Source: Tubulanus polymorphus (lineage: Eukaryota; Animalia; Nemertea). Taken from it: 64,000 nucleotides of DNA. This document shows positions 39,290 through 52,282 of the stretch, in pieces (within the stretch, counting starts at the first letter, position 1; each line of letters begins with the position of its first letter). The stretch is from positions 4,650,001-4,714,000 of the forward strand of contig NC_134035.1 in the NCBI RefSeq assembly GCF_964204645.1, in the 5' to 3' direction. The position numbers and the translations under genes are program-made. The notes under the pieces were generated by a model. It made no database searches, was not told the DNA's origin, and saw nothing but the letters and a program-made list of their open reading frames with translations.

Positions 39290-41521
39290 GGAGAGAGCGC
39301 GCGGAGAGAAAAGAGAGGAGCTGTACACGTTACTGGTCGGGTCTGCGAGATATTTAACAGGCAGCTGCTGACACGACGGAATACACGCTGAATTAACCCC
39401 GACTGGTCATATACGGCTCCTCTTTACATAACCGCACCGTCGACTACTATCCGCTGCTACCGTTCTCAGCCAATACCGGAATAAACCGATTTGCCACGCC
39501 GAATGCGTGGTCGCCACGTTATTAATGGTTTCGATATTGCTTCAGTTTTAGAATGTTCCTAACGGGTCTGATTCGACACATTTTCTCGTCGTTTAATTTT
39601 CTTTATTTCCCGGAACACAAATTAACTGATAAGACAGAAATTTCAGCCACCTTGCCACGATGTGGAGCTATTAGCGCAAGGGGTTTCAGCTAGCAACTGC
39701 ATGTACCTAGGGTTGTAATGGACCAAGCAGACACCCTTTCCACAAGGCACTGATAAAAAAGTTTAGGTTTTAGGTTAGGGGTTGGCCAGCAGGTCGTGTC
39801 AGCTTTCCACAACGCGGTGCTGGTAAGGTTACGATCAAAGGGGTTAGCAACATCGCTATATACTATTAGTCAATACTAAAGGTTACTTTAATCAGCATGA
39901 ATGCCATAGTACCAATAACCATTTCATAAATTATAAAACGTCACCAGTGGGATAAACTGCCTGCGCACTTCTTAACGAGGGGTCACGTGCACGTACCCCC
40001 TTTAATCATAATATCATTACGATACACGATACAAAAAGCTTAGGTGAAACAGTATCTTAAATACCGGATAATTATAACCCGTGCACGACTCGTCCATTCT
40101 CTCTCGGCGATGTGCTTAGAAATAATCAGAAGGTTCGCTTACAAGATCAGATTTACTAAATATATCACGTATAAAGTCACCAGAGTTCATCATCGCAGCC
40201 GCCGCCATTTTTTTCTCTAGATTTTCGATTATCGCCTGAAAGATTGGCGCGTACGCCGATTTCATTGTTTAATGGTAGAGCGCCGAGCGTCGGCGCCAAT
40301 TTGACTCGTCGGCTTATGGCGCGATGGCGTGGTCAAACCGTCGCGCCATTCGTCGAAACAAAGCCGGCAGCAACGCGCCGCTGACAACCGAACGGCCGGC
40401 TAACTCCGCGATGATTGAGTCAGCGGACCAGCGCGATAAAAATGGACTTGCGGTCGGGTTAGTTGTTGCGCTAGGACCTAATCGAGACGCCAGGTAAGGT
40501 AGAATCCTATAATCTCTGTCATTTGCCGGTTGCAATGTGTCATTTAGTTGTCATCGCGTCCGGCCGCCGTCGACGACAAATTCATCGCAAATCCTTTAAT
40601 AGCCGAAGACTTAATACGCGGACGCTCGACGCGGCACAATGGTAAAAAGATCGCCACGTCGCAATTACACGCGATAATGCCGATAATCGCCGGCGAAATA
40701 TCAAAACTCACATTTCTGACGGTTCGTCGATGATGATTCGGACCGCGTCGGGTCAGAGGACGACGGCGACGACGACGCGGGAGCATAAACGCCGGCTACA
40801 GACACGGCTACCCGCGATCTCGCAAAGCCATCCCACGACGTATTGAAAATAATCATGTTCGAAAAAAAATTCACGAAATCCGGAAATCGAGGACGATTTC
40901 AATGAGGAAGTTAAAGCGCGCTATGTGGCAATTGAGGATGATATAAACATGGAAGCTAAAATACTACTGCGGCAATCGAATTTATTACCAGGTAGCTAAT
41001 TCAGCCTAAGCTGGTCTCTCGAAAAGCTTAAATATAAAAGCTAAGCATTTATTACCATACCCCCCCCCCCAAAAAAAAAACATTTGTACACATTGTTCAA
41101 GTTTGTATCAACTTTCTTTTTATTCGATAATTTTATTTTTCTTGTAAATCCTCTATGCACCAGAAGTTTTGGTTAGAATTTAATAAACTATCTTATCTTA
41201 TCAAACGAACAGCTATGGTTAGATTGATACAATTCTCTACAGAGTATCATCTCCAGATACAAGATAGATCCACCATTGTCAGTGTCTGGCTGTATCCAAG
41301 TTTGGTAAAACGATTTGCCATTGATTTTGCCTTTGATTTGAGTTTCTAATCAAGAAAACGCAGGATAGAATAAATTTCAACAATATCAGAAAGCCTAATA
41401 CCCTCGGCATCGAGCCAAAATCGAGTTCCGCTAAAAGTCGGTTTTGGCCAATCAAAAATGAACGTAATTCGCAAAAAAATTCCCCTTAATGAGCGACTTG
41501 TAATGTAACCACGTCAAGCAT

Positions 41522-41538
41522 CCGTCAGGTGGCGCTAG
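41522..41538 (+). promoter_or_regulatory. CTCF-like core motif
   Basis: CCGTCAGGTGGCGCTAG versus consensus CCASYAGRKGGCRSY. Confidence 0.45.
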
Positions 41539-43824
41539 TAGTAAATGAATCTTGCGAGCTTGATTTCGGTTATAAACCTACGCAGATGAAAGGCTACAAT
41601 CGACAAAAAAACGGTTACAAAAAAAACACCATCCCACCAAAACTTCCCCCCCGGCCGCCGGCCGCGAAAATATTTATCAATAATTGACCGATATCTATTC
41701 GCGCGAGCGAGCGAGCGCGGCTGAGGCGTCGTTCGTAATAGAGAAATAACCGCGTCGCGAAATCGGTGCCATCTTTACGAAATCGCGGAATAAACGACGG
41801 CGAATGAAAAAGACTTTAGATCGTCGATCGAGATTCGAGCGAGAGCGCGCCGGCAAGAGACGGCGAAGTCATGAAACGTCAGATCCGTTCGGCTGATAAA
41901 TATCCGGGCGAACGCGCGGTAATATTTCTAGACGAAGAAGAAGAGATAGAAAACAACATCGCCCCTGTAATATACACAGAGATAGAGAGAGAGAGATGAG
42001 AGAAATATGAATCTTTCATGTAATTCGCGAATATTTCAGTTTTTTTTTTTTTTTTATTGCGGGAAGAAAGACACCAATCCGGTATCATTCGTAATAGATA
42101 AACGAAGCAAATATGTCGTCTTATCTTAAAACCCACGATAATGAAGAAAACTAAGAGAGTAACGTTTTTTCTTTGTAATCGTGGGTTTTTTATGCCATAA
42201 ACACAATTAAGATACTGTTTATATACATTGACACCTATAGTATGCATTATTTAGGGGGTTCTGTGTGTAAATTGATGTGCACTAACTACATCCTCAGTAC
42301 TGGCGCTTCAAAATAACTATTACGATCGTGAATTTTGGCGTGTCAAGTCAGTTTTCAAGCAAGTTTTGTATATGTCAAGTCAGTTTTCGCATCTTCAATT
42401 GTGTTATCATAGACAATCTATGTTGAAACCATCTTCGGGCGTCACTATTACAGAAGCTGTCCGATATATTCATTGTGTAAATAAACCGAGTCATTTTCTA
42501 ATAAATGCACGCGATAGAGCGTTGATCTATCTCTCACTGGCCAGCGGTCATCGCCGCAGTTGAGAAAGATGCTTGATGCATTTGTCATAGGAATAAACAA
42601 AGACTGGACCGTTGTACAATGTGTATGAATGTGTAGAGATAATAAAAGCCTGTGGGTGAACAAACTGAAATTCTGATGTATACGCCAACTAACTAACAAC
42701 TCATTTCACAATAACTCATCTAAGATGTTGATATTCTTGCGAGAGAGAACAAGAGAGAACAATGCCGGCCAGCGTATTTCTCATTGAATAATAGAACGCT
42801 GTCACCCCGTGAGCTGCAGTAGAATCGTAGCGATTGTTTCGGCAAAGATAGAACTCGCGAGCGGTTTCTATTGCAACCTGGTTTCTATTGCAACCGCGGA
42901 TGATAAAACGTGATAAGAGTTTCGTCTTACATGTGCGGCCTCCGCGAATAATGAATACTTAAAACGATCGTTTTCGAATATCTGTACTTATAGGGTTTGA
43001 TCGTAAGACATCAAATGGACTCACCCCCCCCCCCCTAATTGATTTCAGAAACTCGTCGGTATAATCAGGTATTCAAAGCGTTTTATGATTAGTCTTTGAA
43101 AAAAAAAAAAAACATATTTTGCAAAAAGATTGTTACAATCTAAAGCGCTTTTAAATAACAAATTATTATTATTTTCATTATTATTATTATCATTATTATC
43201 ATCATTATCAATAAAGATTTGATTTGATAATCCGAAATGTTCCAATAATGTTCAGCAATACGAAGTTAGTCATAAATAAATCCAAAACACCTGAAAGAAC
43301 GCATCACTTCACTACATTATCACTCTATAATATACAGTATATATAGCCGTATCGGGAGCCTCACAGCTCTGTGTGCGATAAATCCATTTGATATTAACTG
43401 CGTTGTATATTGATAATAATTATTCTACATTACGTCGAAACGAGAGTCAAGGGCAATTTTCATTGAATTCCTATATTTCCGATCGAAACTGTCAATGTTG
43501 GAATTCCCCGGTCCTACTACACTACACACACACACACAGACACACAAACAGGTTGTGATCGATAGCAGTCATTGACTTGGACTCCTTACAACTCCCTCTT
43601 CTCTCCCTCTGTCTGTCTCCTGTCTCTCCTTGATCTATTGAATTTCACTCAGACTGTCTCAGTGGCGTGTACGCATTCGAGAGAGAGAGAGAGAGAGAGA
43701 GATCGGAAAAAAGAAATACCGCGTAAAGCAGTTTATCGAGTTTATTTTTCATAACAAACCCGACGACGAAGAGACGACAAAACGATCTGCGTCGAACTGA
43801 TTTCCTTCGACGTTCAGTTATAGA

Positions 43825-44152
43825 CCCCCTAAAGGCCCGAGTACCATACTAACCCCTACAGGCCCGAGTACCATACTAACCCCTACAGGCCCTGAGTACC
43901 ATACTAACCCCTAAAGGCCCGAGTACCATACTAACCCCTAAAGGCCCGAGTACCATACTAACCCCTACAGAATGAGGCCCGAGTACCGTATCAACACCTA
44001 CAGGCCTGAGTACCATACTAACCCTACAGGCCCAGTTAACATACTAATCCCTACAGGCCCAGTTAACATACTAATCCCTACAGGCCCAGTTAACATACTA
44101 ACCCTTACAAGCCTAGTTTACATACTAAACCCTACAGGCCAGAGTACCATGC
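43825..44152 (+). repeat. 27-29 bp minisatellite (~11 units)
   Basis: ccctacaggcccgagtaccatactaac and ccctacaggcccagttaacatactaat variants. Confidence 0.92.
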
Positions 44153-45648
44153 TATATCAGAAGAAAACAGCTTTATAGGTCAGGAGACTTCACTTTTCTA
44201 TACTAAGGTTTTTCACGGTCTCAGTGCGAACACATACCCCCGTCCCCCTGGAGAAAACCGAGTTGGCTGATATTAAAATTAAGATTTCTGTGCTTCCTGA
44301 AATGTGCTTATATCAAAACGCTTCAAATTTTCATCATTTTCGCAAGACAAGGCCTGCAAACAAACCTCCCAACAAAATACTTCGCTAGCAAGTTTGTTCC
44401 ACAGAAACTTATATTCGCACCTCCCCAAGAGAGATCGCATACAGGCCCTGGTTTGGACGAATAAAAAGTCAGCGATTCTACGTGGCTGCAGAGAGTGGTT
44501 GAACATGAAGACGCCGGTTTGCACTCGGAATCTCAGCGGAACGGATCCTAGAAATGAAGTGCTCTGCACACAATCTGCTGATATTATTGTTTTCCTTCAA
44601 TCGAACCTGTCAAACCCTTCACGCGGCGGCGGCGGCAGCATCGTCTCTCGCTACAGAACTCGACGGTCGTTCCTCAGTCGCAGTAAGAACTCATCGACAC
44701 CGAAACCGAAACCTTCATTTTTACCCTCACTTTCGTCTCTCTACGATTTGTCACATTTCGCGAATGCGTTCTATTACCCGGTCGAGGACGACCACACTAT
44801 AGCACGCGGTTGAAAAATCGGTGTCCATTTGCAAATAACTTGTTTATATCCAGTTCGTAGGTTTCAACGATTTACCAGTTTCCGATGATTGTGGGCTTCA
44901 CACGTTACTAAGATTTACATTACGCGTAAGAAATTTTGTACTTCAACCTCATTATTTCGTCGAAATGAACAAGACGAAGAGAATCGAGATCTGGCAAACT
45001 GGAGAAATAGAATTTTTATTCGCTCGTAACCCCAAATGAAGCCGCATCGCAGCAAAGTCGGGCGTTTCCCTTCCCCGGCAAAATCATTTTCTAAAAACAG
45101 ATTTGTCGCGCGCGATAATTTCGACGACTCGAGGTGTGGAATTAAATGTTTAACGATGCCGCTGCCGACAATAAGTGGACGAAAGTCGCCGCCATGAATT
45201 ATGTGTTTCTCGGCGCGGTTCGTGCGACTAGTTTAAACAATGCAACGTAGCCCACGGCCGCGCTACGACCGACCGCCGAGCGAAACGTCTCCGGAATTTA
45301 TAAATAATTCCGTCGTCGTCGTCGTGTATTGAGAACGCGGGCTCGCGCGCGCCGGCGTATTCCCTCGCTCGCCGGTACTCGTCGTCATTCCGAACTGGAA
45401 ACGCTGGACGCAACTGTTTACGCAGTGGTCGGAATGCGGCTGACCGGACGACTCTTCTTGACAAGACGCGTCGCGCTTGAACTTCGTAATTTCCGTATAT
45501 GTGTATACGTATAGTTTGTATGTATATGTAGCATCGTCAGGAATACTTGACGACCCGCGGGGGCCGCATAAAGTCCGAACGCGGCGGTGTCTGCTGAAAT
45601 TACCGACAACAGGCTTAAAGGTCATTTTTCATTACCTACTCTTGAGTG

Positions 45649-45792
45649 CAGGCCCCAGTTACACAGTCGAAACTTAAGCGCGAAATTGGCCTTCGATCTT
45701 AAAACCGATCTTAAGTTGTTAGATTTGCTACAGAATGAACGCGGTCGTAGACCCGTCTTAAGCGTAAACCGCGACTATGCAACTGGGCCTAG
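45649..45792. mobile_element. 138-bp CWG-type MITE, CpG-rich copy
   Basis: CAG|gccccagttacacagtcg...cgactatgcaactgggcc|TAG; gapless alignment to 47123-47260 with 35 differences. Confidence 0.88.
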
Positions 45793-46014
45793 TTCTAATT
45801 TCTAATCTATTGAGAACCTCTACTGCGAATCCCTGCTACCTGAATTAAGCCTACCCGGAAATTCATTTTCTAGCCTCAAATATGTTGAGACTCCCGTCAA
45901 AACTGAACGAGACGAAAATCGACCAGAAAAATGCCATAACCATTGATAAACACACTATATCCATGTTGAGACGATGGCTATTAGGAAAGGATATGGTTGG
46001 GATTAGTATATACC

Positions 46015-46336
46015 AAGATGACTATTAGGATATAGTCGATACGTTAAATAAACTACTAGCTCAAGGAAAACAGTATTCCTGCAGATGACTATCAAGATAT
46101 AGTCAAAACATTGAAAAAGCTACTAGCTCAAAGAATATAGAATTCCTGAAGATGACTTTTAGGATATAGTCGATACATTAAGTAAACTACTAGCTCAAGG
46201 AATAGAGTATTCCTGAAGATGACTATTGAGATATTGTCAAAACGCTGAATAAACTACTAGCTCAAAGAATACAGAATTCCTGAAGATGACTATTAAGATG
46301 TAGTCAAAACGTTGAATAAACTTCTAGCACAAGGGA
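46015..46336 (+). repeat. 67-bp minisatellite (~4.7 units, A-B-A-B-B variant order)
   Basis: gatgact at 46017, 46084, 46151, 46218 and 46285. Confidence 0.92.
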
Positions 46337-46673
46337 ACATTTTCAGCTTTCGTATCATTGTTTTTGGTTATTACGGCGGGATCCTCTACATTCAATGTTC
46401 CTACTTAAACGGTTTTTTCTAGCAGAGGAATTATCGGCCAATCGGTGTACATCGATATATACATGTATTCATGGTGCGTTCATGTACACGCGCGTAACAA
46501 GCATCGTTATTGTCTTATGTCATGACTGCGAACCCTTCTACCACAACGCGTTCATTAATTATTTAATCGTTTAAAACAATGCGCAGCAGCAGCAGCAGCA
46601 ACAACGAAGCCGGCTGACGTGAGCTTTCTGAGCGCTTATTATCGAACGAGAACAAAGAACGGACGAGAGAAGG

Positions 46674-46713
<40 letters not shown>

Positions 46714-47119
46714 ATGTCCGTGTATAACTTACAGTGAGAATAGAACAGTTCGCCGTGCCACGAAGCTCAGGTGGACGACGACGAGCTTTTGTCTCTCCGC
46801 GCGCGCGAAAGAAAAACCCGGTTAAGGCAGCTTTTGTCTTCGCGTATTTGAGAAAACCCCATTACACCGGCTTTTGTCTCTATCTCGCTCTCCGGCGCAT
46901 TCGTCATATACGCCACTAGAAAAAACCCGTTACGCTCAAACGGCTTTAGTCATCGCGATGAGAAAAGGAGCCGTGAACACATCCTCGAGGCCTCGCCACA
47001 ACCATCTATCTGATAACGCTACCGACTTCAAGCGAATTAAAGATTTTCTAAATAGATTTCGAGCAATTTGCGATCACGATTAAAGAATAACGGCCGCTTC
47101 CGAAATATCAACTCATATC

Positions 47120-47263
47120 CTGGGCCCAGTTGCACAGTCGTGACTTAAGTCCAAAAGTGGTCTTAAATTCTAAGACTGGTCTAAAGGTGTTAGATTGGCT
47201 ATAGAACCAAGTTGGTCTTAGACTGGTCTTAAGTCTAGGCCGTGACTATGCAACCGGCCCCTG
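47120..47263. mobile_element. 138-bp CWG-type MITE (PIF/Harbinger-like), CpG-poor copy
   Basis: CTG|ggcccagttgcacagtc...gactatgcaaccggccc|CTG; exact CTG duplication. Confidence 0.9.
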
Positions 47264-49354
47264 AAGTTTTAGCAAGTGATAAGTTCTACGAAGTTATCGC
47301 AGTTATACAGGGCTGGGGTCCGGGTCGGGGCAGCCGCGGGCTCTAGCCCAAATTTCTTAGCTCATGAAATACGGACAATAACCCAAGACAATCATTGCTC
47401 GCGCCTTGTCTAACTGTCTACTGCTAATGCTAACATCTGTAAGTTGAAAATGTTTTGAAAATAAAATCGAGCTTTTCGTTTTATCGCATCGACGTTATAA
47501 ACGCAGGACGGAAAGGAATGTCACTAAAGCTTCGCGATATCATCTCAAAATCTCGAATTGAGTATTAAAAAACCTGACAACTTAAAAACAACTTCTACTG
47601 AAATCGCGAATCGGTAATTTGATCATCGTTGATACAGCGAGCGGGATCTATTTTAATCCGAGTGGCGCTTACAGTCCTTCGGGGCGTCGCCCTAATAACG
47701 CCTGTGTATTTCACAAACTACGTCACTGTCATCATCGTCATCATCTTCATCATCATCAGCATCATGCCTGTGAGGTAAAATACTTTGTCACATTGTGCTA
47801 AACACTAGAGAGAGCGGAGAGAGAGCGCGGAGAGAGAGAGCGCGGAGAGAGAGATGAGTTCGGTATCTAATTCCATTAGTATATACTGCAAGAATGCAAT
47901 GTAACGCAATGCCTCATGAACACTTATAATCACATACACACTGACTGTCTCTGAGTGCGTTACGCACGGGAGCCGAGTCCTAGCCTGGGTGTGGTCCTGT
48001 ATCATTAAACAAAACATACACGCCGCCACTGCTGCTGCTGCTGCTGCTGCTGATGCTGCTGTATTTTCTCTCCTGTGGACGAGATGCACGCCGCGTGCAC
48101 CGATTATTTTTAGCAACTTTAAATAAGAATTGCATTTAGGAGAAAAAAAAACTGCCGACGGGAGCAAATTTTCGAAAGTCAGCGTTTTTCATCCGACGGT
48201 TGCAATTTGTTTCGAGTTAAAATCCGACTAAGCTTTCAAATCGATCAGGCACTGAACCGACTTGAACTCGGGAAGCAAAAATTCTGTCGTTACCGACAAA
48301 AATCACGTTCAGTCCAATAAATCGTAAACGAGTCCAATTTTGACGCCGCTTTTATAGAGTGGTATTCATTTCAACCACGCCGGCCGGTTGCGTACTCTTA
48401 TTCATCAGAGTTAAGCCTAAAATTGCGACAGAATCGATAAAACATTCAATGAAACGATCAAAGTTTCTCGTCACAAGTCCACATTCGACTATTCAGGCCT
48501 TTGGGGGAGGGTTGGGGGCGGTGGTTATTAGGGGGGCAGTGTACCGATAACTAAAAACACGAATCAAACGTATCGTTAACGAAACAACGATGAATCGACG
48601 AAATGTTTACAAACAAACAAAGACGCCCTCGTACTGGTTGCTGAACTAGTTGCTGGACTAGTTGCTTCGCTAGTCGTCATGAGAGATAGTCCGCGTATAG
48701 AGGTAGTCCACAATCATGGCGGCGCTAAAAATCAGTCATTTAATATCGATTAGTTTACGTATAAACGCTACACAAACTGGATAAAAATGCGTCAATATCA
48801 ATATTAGAAAAATGTGAAATCTTTTTCTTAAATCTGCAGCGGTGATGCAGCATAAATCGACAGTAAATAAATCGCGTTGTTTATTAATGTGATTTCAATG
48901 ATCGCTCGCTCGCGCGCACAGTCTCGCGCAGCGGCGGCGGTTTCATCATCGACGCTAAATAAACGCTGAATCGTTTTTACAAACGCGAGAATCGTGATTC
49001 CATTCAACGTCGTCGTCGTCTTCGTAAAAACGTTCCGTTACTCGAAGCTAACTCGTTCTGTCTCTCGTTGAGAGGAGAGAGAAGATACGAAATCGATACG
49101 TTTGAAGTCAAGGTCGCGGCACGGGTGATCATCGCGCTGCTGGTTTTTGATATCTAAGACTGTAATAGATCGAAGACAAGCTCAGTCTCCCGGACCCATC
49201 CCCCCTCCCAAACCCTGGACCCTCCATCCCTATGCACACCTAGATGGCTAGTTCAACCTGAGCACAGTTTAACATAGACCCGCGTAAGAATATGTCATCT
49301 ATCAACTCCTAACCTATGAACTACCCGAACCTACAGCGCAACCGCAACGGACCC

Positions 49355-49697
49355 CATCCTCCCCGCCTGGCAGGGATTCGGACCTGATGGCATCGAGATT
49401 GCCACGGTAAGAAACTCTGCCACGCTAGACCGAGTGCGCAGCTACACGCGTAGCTTACATGATGTAATTATCAGCCAATCAGATATCCCGTTTTATTTTA
49501 GCCCGTTTTTCCCATCTATAGTTCTTCCCTGAAATTTGCCTCAGCAAGTACAATGAGCAATCTGTTTGGTGCCACAAGTTTTCGCGAGGTAAATCTGCGC
49601 ATGTAGCTGCGCACCAGGTCTAGTGTGGCAGGGGTTCGTGCCATGGATGGCTGAGTGTAGCGATGCCATCAGGTTCGAACCCTGCCGTGGGAGGATG
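49355..49697 (+). mobile_element. Foldback/MITE with long tRNA-like inverted arms, copy 1
   Basis: CATCCTCC...GGAGGATG ends; ~90-bp imperfect inverted arms with outward-reading B-box-like GGTTCGAA motifs; perfect 8-bp flanking repeat ACGGACCC (49347-49354 and 49698-49705). Confidence 0.88.
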
Positions 49698-50072
49698 ACG
49701 GACCCTAGTTACTACCGATTCATCTTCACAATTTTCATCAACGACTCAGTCATTGCATTCTACATCGTTTAACGCTACGTTCTTCCTCGTTTCGTAGCTG
49801 AGAAAAATCAGCGAAGTTGAAGTGAATGAAGTTTGACGTCGAAATCGAGTCTCGAAGATAAGCGAAGTATCAACCGTCTATTATGAAAAACTTACTCCAC
49901 GTCGAAAACGTTTACGTTCAACCCGAGTTTATATCGGGTTATAAAACGATATGAGCCCGCAATATTAGTAACGCTATCTATTATTGCTGAAAATCAACTT
50001 GAATCGAGAGTTTGAATGATCACTAAGGGTAGATATCGGGGGGGGGGGGTTGTTGCATCATTGTCACTCCGC

Positions 50073-50118
50073 TTAGAGGGTTCGAACGTTAGCGGTTAGA
50101 GGGTTCGAACGTTAGCGG
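50073..50118 (+). repeat. Exact 23-bp tandem duplication containing GGTTCGAAC
   Basis: ttagagggttcgaacgttagcgg occurs twice. Confidence 0.9.
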
Positions 50119-50459
50119 GTAGCCCCCGGACTGCTTCAGCCTGGGTCATGTTCTCGCAGCCATCAGTAGACGACAGATCGTCAACAATCGTAGCTAATGA
50201 AGTAAAGTTAAAGGTCATCTCTCGAAGGCGACGGCGTATCCACGGGTATCCACGTCGCCGCTGACAAACGACAAAATAACCGCGTAACGCCGTCGATATA
50301 GCATTCAGATACTTAGATGATAAAAGACGAAGGTCATTTTTGCCGATTTCGAGCATTTAACGAAATTAACGATTTAGAATCGGGGAATACTTTTGAAACG
50401 CTTCGATTGCGAGTAAAAAAACAGCAAATTCATCTAAAATGGGTTAGTAACTAGATCCA

Positions 50460-50936
50460 CCACTAGACGGCGTGATTACCAGTCAGTCGTAATATACGTC
50501 TATACGCGTAAGCCCTGAAATAGGGTTAACCTCAAGGATAGGGGTTTGGCTGTAATACCGGATCGTCCGCTAGATGGCGTTATTCTTCAGGACAGGGGTT
50601 TGGCTGTAATACCGGATCGTCCGATAGATGGCATTATTCTCGAGGATAGGGTTTGACTGTAATACTGGATCGTCCGCTAGATGGCGTTATTCTTCAGGAC
50701 AGGGGTTTGGCTGTAATACCGGATCGTCCGCTAGATGGCGTTATTCTCTAGGATAGGGGTTTGGCTGTAATACCCGATTGTCCGTTAGATGGCGTTGTTA
50801 AAGGGTATGATGACCACTGGTATGGTGGACGATGGCAGCACAAGTTCTACACGCCGACCCTCGAATCTCCGGAAATAGGGTTATTCTCGAGGATATGCGT
50901 TTGGTTGTTATACCTGATTGTCCACTAGATGGCGTG
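50460..50936 (+). promoter_or_regulatory. 54-bp tandem array of CTCF-like motifs (7 cores, same orientation)
   Basis: CCRCTAGATGGCG-type cores at 50460, 50567, 50621, 50674, 50728, 50782 and 50922; array units carry TGTAATAC(C) 16 nt upstream of the CC. The repeat is certain; CTCF function is inferred. Confidence 0.6.
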
Positions 50937-51724
50937 ATCAACAGTCGTTCAAATATGAATAACTCCGATCTCAATTTTTGCGCTCTTTTTAGTCAGTTAA
51001 GCGGCGCACATTCACTTCAAACATTTACAATTCATTTCTAGTCAAAGCTCTGTCCAACAACTAGCGCTACTGGCAAATCCTAAGTACCAATGATTTACCA
51101 TTTTTAGTTACACAAACAACAGAAATTCATGATATATCGATGTATTCAAGTATCAGGTCGGCTGAATTCCTTTTCATAAACAGCTGACAAATAATGTGAT
51201 CGAAAGCTACTTGTCATAAAATCGTGCCATGAACGTTTCTCGAACGTTGACCTCCGCGGTCTCATTCTTCGAAAAAATAAAAAGGTTTCAATAAACAGCC
51301 AATAAATGTCCAATAATCGTAATGAATATCGGCAAGAGACAAGTGTCGGAATCGATATCTGAGAAAAATGGATTTCAGGAAAATTTGCTTAACGTTCAAG
51401 TTGAAGTCCGATCGGAACGATTTAGATGATTTCGATTTCATTTCCGACCCCCGTAATTAACGTCCATTTGGATTTCGGACAAAATTAGTCCAGGCTCGAA
51501 AAGATCAGACTCGCGCAGAGTCTGCTGTAATATAAGATACGCAGAGGTTTCGTCGTTATGAGATTAGTGACTTTAACGAATAAACGTTTAAAATGTTAGA
51601 TAAAAACCAAATATCCCGATTAAAATTCGGGAAAAACGAACGTAACGAAAACGAAATAACTTTTCATCGTCACCGCGATAGAGGGGTTTATTACCTTTCG
51701 ACATGAAATAAAGAGGCACTGAAA

Positions 51725-52282
51725 CGAAAAGAAGATGGAAAACATATCCGTAATTAGGCATAGGTGGCTTTTTTACCAGCGAGCAAAATATCATTACGAT
51801 AAGTTGGCGAAAAAGGAGGCAGAAAACGCTGGACGGACTAAAGGCATTTGACTCAGTAGGGTCAGGTAAAAAACATAGTATCATATTAAATTTAGTTATG
51901 ATACATGACGCAAGGAAAAGAAGATGGAAAACATAGGTATCCGTAAATTAGTCATCAGTGGCTTTTTCCAGTGGGCAAAATTTAGTTAGAACATAGGTTT
52001 TTGCAAAAAAAGGACGCAGAAAAATATGGACGAACTAAAGGCATTTGACTTAGAAGGGTCAATTAAAAATGGCATGGCATAATATGAAATTTAGGTATCT
52101 AAAATACATATCTGAAACATATCTGTACATTAGTCATCGGTGGCTTTTTCTAGCGAGCAAAATACTGTTACGATAGGCTTGCGAAAAAGGAAGCAGAAAA
52201 TGATGGGTGAACTAAATACATTTGGGGCTTAGTAGGGTCAGGTCAATGACATAGTATCATATCGAATTCAGTTATCTAAAAT
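51725..52282 (+). repeat. ~190 bp unit in three diverged tandem copies
   Basis: gtggctttt...gcaaaa...gcagaaaa...actaaa.gcatttg...agggtca recurs near 51763, 51957 and 52139. Confidence 0.85.

Noticed and set aside
39762-39785. Telomere-like TTAGG/TTAGGG fragments (also near 24326 and 61879)
   Set aside because: Only 1-3 imperfect units; not an interstitial telomeric array.
44304-44813. Longest non-repeat ORF (169 aa)
   Set aside because: Non-ATG start, no recognisable domain, and it crosses a compositional boundary; consistent with chance.
47242-47253. Minus-strand TTGCATAGTCAC, matching the 5' end of miR-153
   Set aside because: Only 12 nt match, the 3' part differs, and it lies in a MITE TIR.
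49615-49697. tRNA gene
   Set aside because: A- and B-box-like motifs are present, but there is no convincing cloverleaf or anticodon arm, and it is part of a repeated inverted arm.
50450-50460. ACTAGATCCAC, resembling miR-279
   Set aside because: Seed start and 3' end mismatch, and there is no precursor hairpin.
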